Assembly (NCBI GenBank): GCA_022605425.2 | Contig: CM061256.1 | Coordinates: 496,001-560,000 of the forward strand | Length of the DNA: 64,000 nucleotides | Direction: 5' to 3' | DNA from: Hamiltosporidium tvaerminnensis FI-OER-3-3 | Lineage: Eukaryota > Fungi > Microsporidia | Part shown: piece by piece, positions 33,896-44,537 of the stretch | Layout: the number at the start of each line of letters is the position of its first letter | Position numbering within the stretch: position 1 is the first letter of the stretch | Made by a program: the position numbers and the translations under genes | Notes under the pieces: generated by a model | Databases searched by the model: none | Told to the model about the DNA's origin: nothing | The model's input: only the letters and a program-made list of their open reading frames with translations

Positions 33896-36800
33896 TACTA
33901 AGATGCAATTTTAAAAGTAAAAAATTCTGATGTTATTTTATCATTTCCGAGTGGAGAGAGGTTAACCTTATTAAAAAATATCTGATTGTCAATTATTCTG
34001 TGAAATTTATGTGAAAATAATTGTTACCATTTTAGTGGGATACAGACCACATTAGATTTATAAGATAATCCCCTTTAATTCTGGATTACAACAAATAAAA
34101 AAAGCAATTGGTACATTTCCAGTTTTTACACTCGACACCCTGAGGTAAAAGAGGAATGGATTAAGTAAGTTTATTTAAATAACATAAAAATATAGTAATA
34201 TACTTAAATTATCAATAAAATTACTTTGATATTCATAAAATAACTTAGAAAATATTTAAACGAAAAATCTAAGTTTCTTACTTCTTATTTCTCGGAAAAA
34301 TGGTTATTGAACGTATTTTAGATACCGTTATATATCCTACTTAAAGAAATTAAGTTCTATTATAGATGGTTGAATTACAGAAAAAACTTTCTAATCATTT
34401 TGTTTAAATCTTTCAATGATTATAAGCTATGTGTTTTAATTACTTGAAACTTATTAACTTTAGGGAATAATTAATAAATATAACAAAGAGAATTTTCTTT
34501 AATATTTTGATGATATTAGGTTTACCTTTTACTTATTTGGGTAAAAATTGATTAAATAATAGTAAATTCACACCGAGTCAGAACATCTAGAAAATATTTA
34601 TTTTTAACAGTACAAAATTTGGTTTTCTGTATCCTAGTTTGGTAGAGAAATTTGAATAGAATGATTTGGTAAAAATCAAATATACTGCAAAATTAAAAAA
34701 AAAAATTCTTGTAAGAACATCAAATTAAAAATCAAATTTGATTTTTTTTAATCATATTTTGATTGAGTTAATTACTACTTCATATGAAATATCGATTCAA
34801 TTATAATTAAATCGAAGAATAATAAATGCATATACTTTAAAGGCGATCTTATTTCTCAGTCAAGCATTAATTTATATTTGAAGTCAATATCTATTTTACA
34901 GATTTACTGATTTATAATATATTTAATATTGAAAGGCTTATTATGTTTCAACTTAAAAAAATACCTGGTTTTCAATGGAACGATATCGAAAATGGAATAT
35001 TATAAACAATCTTTATATTCAATGTTACCAAATTATACATTAATTTATTAAATTATAATGTTTATGAACTCTAGTGAGAGAAACCTTTTCATTGGAATGA
35101 TTTAATTGAAAAATATTCCAAGATAACATAAAAAACTTCTCAAAAAATGCTTTATAATTTTGTTTTTTTAAAAAAACTGAAGAAAATTTAATAACAAATT
35201 TATAAATGAAACAAAGTTAAGGAAAGAATTCGTATAAGAATTATTTATTCAAGATATAAATTCATCGCTAATGCTTCTATAAATTATATGCGTATTATTT
35301 GAATATTAATGTAATTCAAAGCCTTGCACTATTGTTTAAGGAATATAATTCGTCAGCCTAATACTGAATCATAGTTAAATACCAATAGATATGAGTTATT
35401 TGTGGTTGGCTTAGAACATATCGTTATTAATCATCAGGGTTTTGCTTCTCTTATATACATACTCGGTGTCTATTTTTAATGCCAGTCCAATTCTTTTTTT
35501 TGTTTCTCTTACATTCATTATTCATTAGTAAATTTCACAAGGATTTGTTTGTTCCTGAATTTATTTTGAAGATTTAACAGTAATTTATTCTTAAAATTAG
35601 AATCTTTGAAAGGTATTTTTAAATTTGATATAATTTGAGTTAGCTTTGGTGTAAAGAGTATCGTTTTTTTCTTTTAGTTCTTTAATTATCTAATTGGTAA
35701 TTTTTAGAATTCTATATGCTTATAATTAACTATTTTTTACAGCTAAATGTCTGAAAATATTTCTGTTTACCAGGAGAATTTTACACTTTTTTTACATTTC
35801 GGAATAATTCAAGTTCTAAGTAGAACACATATCTATCTATGAATATCTGTCACAGCTTTTCCTTGTATTTTGTTTCAATTCTTTCTTAGTAATTTTCAGA
35901 TTCTATTAATATTCCATGTATATCTGTCATTTGAAATTGATTCTTTTATATGTGTTGCTTCTGATTTTTTTTTATTAACTCAATAAAATACTTAGTATTT
36001 GGAATGAAACTTTCATTTAAACTTGTTATTTCTGATAAAATTTCTTTGGCAAGGAGGGGGGTTGTTTTTCATTTCGAGATCTGCATTTAAATTTCTTTTT
36101 TTTTCTAAATTTTCGAGCAATTATTAGTTCTATCAAGTAATCATCAGTAGTTCGACTTGCTATAAGTTTCGAGTATCATTTCCTACTTCTAAAAGTTCAT
36201 ATTAAACAAATTTTTATGAATAATTGCTCTTCGGTTCCTAAGATAAATTTATTTTTAGTCAATAACCAGATTATTCTATTTCGCACCATCACTCTATTTT
36301 ATTTTGTTTTTCAGTGATGCAATAGAATCTTTTTTGCTCCGTATCGCTTTATCGAACATCTTTTCTTCTTCCATTTCATTAGTATCCTAAAACTTTCATC
36401 CAACATAAACCCCCCTCCCCACATTTATCTTTTATTTGCTCTATAAATTTTCTATATCGATGCTCAGATCTATCTAGTAAGTATTGGTTCCATTTTTCTA
36501 TTCTGCTATTTCAGAAGAAGATATTGCTTCTGAATCATTCATAATTTCTGGGTTTTTTCAACCTATAAATACTTTTTTTTTGAACAAATTTGTTTCCTGA
36601 TTAGGAAAATTTGTTTATTCAGATTATTCTATGATATTCTTACGTCCATTTATGGAAAGTGATATCAATACAATTTATGTCTTTAATAAAAATTTGTTCT
36701 GAATTGTATTGTTCTAGATTAAAATGATGTATTCTCTTAATAAATCCGTACAAAACTTGGAAATAGAACATATTCTACACAAAGTTTAATTTACAAGTTT

Positions 36801-38414
36801 ATGCAAAGTTTATGCAAGATTTAAAATGTAGAAACCACATTTTATAGAATTAAATTTTATATTTAAATTAGTTGATTTGTTTAATTTTATCGAACCAATA
36901 AAAGGTAAAATTTAAAATACGATATATAAACTGTTATTCTTAAATAATAAATTAATAAACTTTAACAAAAATATTTATAATAGCTTATTCTCTCTTTTTA
37001 AATAGAATAATTAAGTTTTGCTTGAACTAAAAATATATGAATAAAAATCATTTATTAAATACTAGTACAGCTTCTCAAATTATACTTAAGTCATTTTCAG
37101 TAATTATTTTTTATTATAAAATCAAAAAAAATCAAAAGTATTTAAATCCAAGTCTAATAGATATTAAAAATTCAAAATTCGAACTCTATTTAATCAAAAC
37201 ATCACTTTACATATTATCGTAATTTAATCAAATATCATAAAGATATTTCAATTTTAAATTTGAACAGAAGAATGATATTCTTTTAGTAATAATATGATTC
37301 ATTCGTATTTAATATAGTACGTCTTTATATACCAAATAATATATTAAATCAAATAAGAATTGATTCCTAATAAAATTATTTTACCAAATTTGAAATTATC
37401 TTAAAAAATAAAAAACACTCATATTTAATACTCTTGATAGATTTATTAAGATATTATAACTAAGTATTATATACTATATTACTTAAGAATAGATTCTTTA
37501 TATTATACTTGATTTCGTCAAACAGAAATTTAGATTTTTTGACTTATAAGAAGAAAATCAAAAATAAGTACTTATAGATACTTTTAATCATAAAAGCCGT
37601 TCTCCAATAAAATTTAGAACAAAGAATTGTTTTTAATTAATTTTTACTTTTAATATTTTTTATATTATTTTACTTTTTACTTTTCTTATATTTCATATTC
37701 TATTATTTATATTTTTTATATTATTTATATTATTTTACCTTTTATCTTCTACTTCCTATTTTTTTTATATTTCATATTCTATTTATATTATTTATATTAT
37801 TTTACTTTTTACATTTAATATTTTTTATTTTACATTTTATATTTTCTTATATTCCATATTCTATTTTTTATATTATTTTACTTTCTACTTTTTTTACATT
37901 TTATATTTTTTTATTCTACATTTTTCTTTCTACCCCATTCCCTTATCTTATTACAGTTATTTCCTATAAATGATATTTAAAAATTTAGAGATTTTAAAAA
38001 AAATTAAAAATAATCAAATTATCTTAAATAAAGAACTTAAACAAAAGCGCTAATTATCACTATACATATATAATTTAACAATAAATCTTTCTTCTATTTA
38101 TAAACACATTAAAACCTTAATTGTATTTAGAAATTTAAATTCAAAGTCAGTTATAAAATTTATTTGTTATTTTATTATTTCTTTTAAATATATTTTCAAT
38201 TTAATTTGTTTCTAAAAGAAGTATAAACATTAAGTATTAAGAGCTATGTTTTATAATATAATTTAGTATAATACAGACAGCTTTATAATAATTATCATTA
38301 AGTATCATGTTTTATAATATAGTTTAGTATAATACATATAGCTTTATAATAATTATCATTATGAGATATTTCTTATTTAATAAATAAAAGTAAAATTATA
38401 CTATTATTACTATT

Positions 38415-38795
38415 TAGGTGTTAATAGACTTGTTGTAAGTGTTATACTTTATATTACTGTTAAAGGGTGTTAATAATTGTATTATTACTTAGAGGGTGTT
38501 AACATTTATATATTACTTAAAGGGTCTTATTTATACTACTATATACTTAAAGGGTCTTATTTATACTACTATATACTTAAAGGGTCTTATTTATACTACT
38601 ATATACTTAAAAGGTCTTATTTATACTACTATATACTTAAAGGGTCTTATTTATACTACTATATACTTAAAGGGTCTTATTTTAACTACTATATACTATA
38701 CTCTAACACCCCGCTATCTTTACTACTTACTACTATACTCTAACACCCCTCTATCTCTACTACCTACTCATATCTACTAACACCCCTCTATCCCT
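38415..38795. repeat. G-arm (including ~6 x 30-bp TACTTAAAGGGTCTTATTTATACTACTATA) followed by C-arm (TAACACCCC) upstream of the MFS gene
   Basis: Directly visible; the switch is at about 38700. Confidence 0.85.
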
Positions 38796-38871
38796 CCCAA
38801 TTTCCTTTTTTAGTTAAATTAAACATTTTAAAATATAAAAAAGTTAAAAATAAACAAAAAGAAAAACAAAA

Positions 38872-40383
38872 ATGAACATATCAGACCTTAACAAGAAATA
38901 CCTTTTAACACCAAAAATACTATATTTCCTTATAAACCTACAATTCTACGCTCTTTACCAATTCAGAGGCTTATTTGCCAAACAAGTATTCAAAGTACAA
39001 AACTCTACATACGGAGAACTAATGGGAATCCTAATGTTTATAACATTTGTAACAAATATCTTTATAGCTACTCTTAACGATAAATTCAACAAACCTAAAC
39101 TATTTCTCATCACTCTTCTTCTCACCAGCTCTGTTTTCTTCCAACTTTTTTTCATCAATTTTTATGCGCATAGTTTTTCTTTCATTTTCTGGTTTAACAT
39201 GTTGATGTACCTCATTCTTTGTAATGCTATACCACCTCTTTTAGATAGAATAACCTTACAATACCTCCACCATATGAATGTAGGTTCTAAGACATACGGT
39301 AGACAAAGAATGTGGGGAACTGTAGGATATGTAATAAGTAACATAATAACAGAAAAAATAACCAAACCAACTAGTACCAGTGATGATATTACTAGTGAAG
39401 GTAAAGATTCTTCAAAAGATAGAAACTTTGATACTCTTAGACCTTATCATATAATAACCACCATTCTCTCTTCTCTTGGAACTTTTTTTCTCTTTAAAAG
39501 TATAAATACAGAAGGTCAAAGATCCACAAGAGATATAGAAAGTGGTTGGAAAGATTTATTAAGAAATAAAGCTTACATGTTTTTTATACTAATTATACTT
39601 CTTAACGGTATAACTAGATCTGCTATGACAACATATCTAACAATATATCAATCAGAGATATTAGAACTTAAAGGTTATTCAATACCTGAACACTGGCCAG
39701 GTTTTATAAGAACAATAATTAACATATTTAATGAGAATCCATTAGCTACTTCTTCTTTTTTTGGTGTCATCTTAGAAATAACGATATTGTATAATTCTAA
39801 TTATATAACCACTCGATTCGGGTTGTATTGGCCATTACTGTTTGCTCAGGTGTCACAATTTATAAGATTCTTTGCATATTTCTGTATGAGTTATAAAAAC
39901 CCGCATGCTTTTGCTTTTAGCTGCTCGTTTGAACTAATGAAAGGATTAAACTTTGGATTTACACATACGTCAGGTGTACAACTAGCTACAATTATGTGTC
40001 CACCACATTTAAAATCCACCAGTCAAATGATATACTCAGGTACTTTTACAGGTCTCAGTTCTATTTTTGCAGGTTTAATTTTTGGACAAATTTTTGCTAA
40101 AAAAAAATTGCAAGATAAAGACGTTAGTATGGATTATAAGGTTAGTACATATCAAAGGTTTTATTTTGTAAATCTTATTGTCAGTGCTTTAAGTATTCTA
40201 CTGTTTGTTGTTAAGTATGGATTAAGAGATAGAGTACTTACTTGGGAACCGTTTAGATGGAGAAGAGAGACAGGTGATGAAGCAAAGAGAGATGTAGAAG
40301 CTTATGTAGTAGAAGTTAATAAGAAAGAGCATCATAATGAGTCAACAGAGGCATTACAGAATGAAATAACCGGTAAGGAGTGA
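38872..40383 (+). CDS. MFS transporter, MFS_1-like / MFSD6-like family
   Basis: About 12 hydrophobic segments; YGRQRMWGTVG signature; ELMKGLNFG and PPHLKSTSQ motifs. Confidence 0.88.
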   Translation: MNISDLNKKYLLTPKILYFLINLQFYALYQFRGLFAKQVFKVQNSTYGELMGILMFITFVTNIFIATLNDKFNKPKLFLITLLLTSSVFFQLFFINFYAHSFSFIFWFNMLMYLILCNAIPPLLDRITLQYLHHMNVGSKTYGRQRMWGTVGYVISNIITEKITKPTSTSDDITSEGKDSSKDRNFDTLRPYHIITTILSSLGTFFLFKSINTEGQRSTRDIESGWKDLLRNKAYMFFILIILLNGITRSAMTTYLTIYQSEILELKGYSIPEHWPGFIRTIINIFNENPLATSSFFGVILEITILYNSNYITTRFGLYWPLLFAQVSQFIRFFAYFCMSYKNPHAFAFSCSFELMKGLNFGFTHTSGVQLATIMCPPHLKSTSQMIYSGTFTGLSSIFAGLIFGQIFAKKKLQDKDVSMDYKVSTYQRFYFVNLIVSALSILLFVVKYGLRDRVLTWEPFRWRRETGDEAKRDVEAYVVEVNKKEHHNESTEALQNEITGKE

Positions 40384-40384
40384 A

Positions 40385-41170
40385 GAGAGTGAAGGGTGTT
40401 AAGAGAGAGTGAAGGGTGTGAAGAGAGAGAAGGGAGAGAAGGGTGTGAAGGGTGAGAAGGGTGTGAAGGGTGTGAAGAGAGAGAAGGGAGAGGGAAGTGT
40501 ATTAGATATGTGTGTTAGTAATGTATTAGTTGTTAGTGTCAGTAATGTATTAGTTGTTAGATATGGTGTTAGTATAGAGTATTTGATATAGTGTTAGTAT
40601 AGAATATGAGTTATACTAGTAGTGTTGGTGGTCAAAATAAACTGTAGAGTATAAAAAGAGTCTTATTTATTATTTATAGTATTTATAATTATAAGGTGTT
40701 AATATATATGTATAAATAAGAGGTGTTAATAAAAGGATAGTAATGATTAAAGTAATTATAAGGGTTTTAATATCAGTATAATTATAAGGTGTTAATAAAA
40801 GGATATTTTATTATACCCTTTATTTATTACACCTATCCTTATATACCCCTTATATCACTTATACCCCTTAATCCCGTATATACCTAATATACCTCTTATA
40901 TACCCCTTATATCACTTATACCCCTTAAATCCCGTATATACCTAATATACCTCTTATTATCTCTTATATCTCTTATACCCCTTTTATTATATCTCTTATA
41001 CCCCTTTTATTATAACCCTTATATCACTTATACCCCTTATATCTCTTATATCACTTATATATCTCTTATACCCCTTATATCTTTATATCCCTCATATATC
41101 CCTACTAAAATACTAATATAACACCCTACTTATATCCCTACTTATTACCCTTATTTACTTTACACCCTTA
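40385..41170. repeat. Intergenic G-arm (40385-40800) then C-arm (TATACCCCTTA units, 40810-41170)
   Basis: GAAGGGTGTG and AGGTGTTAAT units switch to ATACCCCTT and AACACCCT units up to the SRC1 ATG. Confidence 0.8.
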
Positions 41171-41171
41171 A

Positions 41172-43520
41172 ATGAGGAAACATCATACAAATCCCACAAA
41201 ACAAGAATATCTAAACAAAGACTTTAATTACAAAAATCTTACAAAAAACCAAATAGCCAGTATTTTATCAGAATGTAACTGTACAGTACCTAACATACCA
41301 ACAACAAAGAAAAATGAATTTTTTAAAATTTATAAAACAGAGATATTTGATAGAATTGAGGAATTAAAAAGTAAATATTTGAATGTAAAACCTGATGGAA
41401 GAGACATAGAGAGGGTAGATAAAGTAAGGGGGGATAGTATAAAAGAGGATAGGTATAGAAGGGATAGTATAAGGAATATAGCTAATACAAGAGATACAGG
41501 AGATAGTAGGAATATAGCTAATACAAGAGATATAGGAGATAGTAGGAATATAGCTAATACAAGAGATATAACTAATACAAGGGATATAACTAATACAAGA
41601 GATATAACTAATACAAGAGATACAAGAGATACAAGGGACATCCAAAATACAAATACAAGAGATTTATACAAATCTGGTAATGAGAGTGTGTTTACTGAAG
41701 ATAATCCTTTTCAAAGTGAGACAGATGTAAGTAAAACACCTAATAGAAGTAAACTTGGTAATAATTTTGTAAGATTATCTGTAAATAAAGAGAAGAGACA
41801 TAAGAAGAGAGAGGAGAATGAAGAGAGTGAAGAGTCTATGAGTAGCAGTAGTAAGGATTATGATAGTAACAGTAGTAGGGATAGTTATAAGGATAGTAAA
41901 GATTATAGTTCTTCTCCTTTGGTTAAGAAGAGAGGGCGTAGGGTTAAGAATGTGTCACCTTTAAGTAATAAGAGTGGGGATAAGAGGGTTTCTTTAAGTA
42001 AAAGTCCTTTAAAATATAAAAGAGAGTCTTTAGGGAGGTTAGGTGTTAGGGGTGTTAATGATAAGGAGTATAGTTATAAGGGTGTTAGTGATAGATATGT
42101 TGATAACCCTTTAACCAGTAGTAAGTCTAGAAGATCTATTGATAGGGGTGTTAATGATAAGGAGTATAGTTATAAGGGTGTTAGTGATAGATATGTTGAT
42201 AACCCCTTAACCAGTAATAAGTCTAGAAGATCTATTGATAGGGGTGTTAATGATAAGGAGCGAGATTATAAGGGTGTTAGTAACAGTATAGATAATAACA
42301 CCCCTTTACCTACTAGAAGATCTACTACCCCTTCTAACACTATAAATAACCCTTATGTTACTACACCCTTAAGAACTAACAAGTCTTTACATTCTATAAG
42401 TCAACATTCCCATCCAATATTTTTTAGAAATCCACAGGTTAGAAAATCAAAAAGAAATATTTTTTTATTATTTTTATTTTTAATATTTCTAACCTGTTAT
42501 TTATACGTAAAACATTTTTGTAAGTATTGTACAGATTTTGAAGAAAAAAATTTTATTAAAAATTTTTGTGTTCCAAAACCAAAAAATTTAATTTTATTTG
42601 AAAATGAATTTGTATGTAAAAAAGGGTATATTTATAAGAAAAAATATTTTTGTCGAAATTTGTGTGTCAAGGATTTGTCTGTGGTTAATAAAATTAGAAA
42701 AAGTGTTGATTTTATTGTTGGTGAGTTACAGATATGTAATTGGAAATACATACATGGTATTGTAGATAGTAACAAGGTATCAATAGAGGAGATAAAAAAT
42801 ATGTGTGATATGATATTTGGTGTGTTTGAGGGTGAGAGTAATAATAGTAGAGATAATACTAAGAGTAGTACTAGAGATAATATAAAGGATAATACTAAGA
42901 GTAATAATAATAATACTATAAAAGATAATAAAGATACTAATACTAAAGATACTAATACTAATAATACTAAAGATAATAAAGGTACTAATAATACTATAAA
43001 TGGTAATATTCCTTTTAATGATCTCCTTGTTGAACTTGAGGGTCGTAAGGGTGTTTTAAGAGAAAATAATAATTTTTATACTTTTGATGTGAAAGTACCG
43101 ATTGGTTTATTTATAAAATTTTATATTTTAAAAATATTTAAAATATTAATAATTCCAATATTTACAATATTTACAATATTTTTAATTTATTTAATATTTA
43201 AATATGAAATAAAAAAAAGAAAAAAAAATAAAAAAAATAAAGAAATGGCTGATTTATTAGTTAAAGATATATTAGAGGCGCTTTCTTTACAGGTATTACA
43301 TAATAGTAAAGATAAGAGTGTTATTAGTTGTGTAGCACTTACACAGTTAAAAGATTATTTTGGAATTGAAGATGATGTATGGGTAGAGGTTGTAGGAAAG
43401 ATACGGAGAAATTCTAATGTGAGGGAGAATATGTCAGTAGTTAAAGGAGAAGAGATGAGGGTATGGGAATGGATAGGACCTATTATAGGGGTACACGGTA
43501 AGAGAATGAGTGAGGGGTAA
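41172..43520 (+). CDS. SRC1: Src1/Heh1/Man1 inner nuclear membrane protein (HeH/LEM-like plus MSC domain)
   Basis: N-terminal YLNKDFNYKNLTKNQIASILSE (HeH-like); two TM segments flanking a Cys-containing lumenal region; C-terminal W..V...IRRNSNVRE...GEEMRVWEWIG typical of the MSC domain. Confidence 0.85.
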   Translation: MRKHHTNPTKQEYLNKDFNYKNLTKNQIASILSECNCTVPNIPTTKKNEFFKIYKTEIFDRIEELKSKYLNVKPDGRDIERVDKVRGDSIKEDRYRRDSIRNIANTRDTGDSRNIANTRDIGDSRNIANTRDITNTRDITNTRDITNTRDTRDTRDIQNTNTRDLYKSGNESVFTEDNPFQSETDVSKTPNRSKLGNNFVRLSVNKEKRHKKREENEESEESMSSSSKDYDSNSSRDSYKDSKDYSSSPLVKKRGRRVKNVSPLSNKSGDKRVSLSKSPLKYKRESLGRLGVRGVNDKEYSYKGVSDRYVDNPLTSSKSRRSIDRGVNDKEYSYKGVSDRYVDNPLTSNKSRRSIDRGVNDKERDYKGVSNSIDNNTPLPTRRSTTPSNTINNPYVTTPLRTNKSLHSISQHSHPIFFRNPQVRKSKRNIFLLFLFLIFLTCYLYVKHFCKYCTDFEEKNFIKNFCVPKPKNLILFENEFVCKKGYIYKKKYFCRNLCVKDLSVVNKIRKSVDFIVGELQICNWKYIHGIVDSNKVSIEEIKNMCDMIFGVFEGESNNSRDNTKSSTRDNIKDNTKSNNNNTIKDNKDTNTKDTNTNNTKDNKGTNNTINGNIPFNDLLVELEGRKGVLRENNNFYTFDVKVPIGLFIKFYILKIFKILIIPIFTIFTIFLIYLIFKYEIKKRKKNKKNKEMADLLVKDILEALSLQVLHNSKDKSVISCVALTQLKDYFGIEDDVWVEVVGKIRRNSNVRENMSVVKGEEMRVWEWIGPIIGVHGKRMSEG

Positions 43521-43605
43521 ATAAATTGGAAGTGAGTGAATAAGTACCTATTATAGGGGTACACGGTAAGAGAATGAGTGAGGGGTAAATAAATTGGAAG
43601 TGAGA
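43478..43605. repeat. 68-bp-period duplication of the SRC1 3' end including its stop codon
   Basis: ACCTATTATAGGGGTACACGGTAAGAGAATGAGTGAGGGGTAAATAAATTGGAAGTGAG at 43478 and 43546. Confidence 0.92.
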
Positions 43606-44063
43606 GGTTATGTTGGGAAAGGTTATATTGAGAGAGGTTATGTTGAGAGAGGTTATATTGAGAGAGTTTTTTAATAAAAGATAGTTTGTCAGTAGTTTGT
43701 AATTCTTTATTAAAATATTTTTTTTATTGTTTTTTTAATATTTTTTACTGATTTTTTTTTATTTGTTAAAGATGAAGAGAATAGTGAAGAAAATTAAAAA
43801 ATAGAATAATAAATAAATAGAAAAAAAAAATATTAAAAAAAAATAAATATTAATAAAAATAGATAGATAGATAGAAAAAGAAATGAATAAATAATAAAAA
43901 AAATAATAAAAAAAATAGAAAAAAAAATAAATAGATAGATAGATATAAATAGATAGAATAATAAATAAATAGAAAAAATAAATATTAAAAAAAATATTAA
44001 AAAAAAATAGAAAAAGAAATAAATATTAATAAAAGAAATCAGAAAACAAATACTTCTATTTAT

Positions 44064-44537
44064 TTAATTAAATAATTCTTCTTTTCTTTTTTCCTGTTTA
44101 CTTCTTAATCCTTTCATAGGTGGTTCTTTATTTTTAAGAATATGTTTGTTTTTTTCTAAAAACTTAATACAATTTTCTTTGTCAAGTTCTTGTGCTTGGA
44201 GTATGCGATCTTCAATAAAAACATTTTCTTTGTGATTTTTGAGGTGGAGAATAGAAGGTATGAGTTCTTTAATAGTGGTGGTGGTAGTGGATGTGCATTT
44301 CTGTGGAATAGTTTGTCTTTTTTCGAACATTTGTACCGTGTCGTTGCATAGTTCTTTGTTGTTGATTTTTCTGTATATTTTTGTCCATTTAATTTTACGA
44401 GGATTCTTTTTTAATTTGAAAAGTTTTGAACATTTACTTCTACAGAAAGTGAATGGAATTGAATCGTTTCTTACAAATGTTATACCGTGTCCTGGGTATA
44501 CGTTTGATGAACAGAAGTAACATTTTAATATTCTCAT
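44064..44537 (-). CDS. RLP24: Ribosome biogenesis protein RLP24 (L24e family)
   Basis: MRILKCYFCSSNVYPGHGITFVRND...FCRSKC...KKNPRKIKWTK; the four Cys and PGHG/FVRND favour Rlp24 over Rpl24. Confidence 0.93.
   Translation of the reverse strand: MRILKCYFCSSNVYPGHGITFVRNDSIPFTFCRSKCSKLFKLKKNPRKIKWTKIYRKINNKELCNDTVQMFEKRQTIPQKCTSTTTTTIKELIPSILHLKNHKENVFIEDRILQAQELDKENCIKFLEKNKHILKNKEPPMKGLRSKQEKRKEELFN

Noticed and set aside
38477-38780. Two repetitive ORFs upstream of the MFS gene
   Set aside because: Translations of a 30-bp tandem repeat with non-ATG starts.
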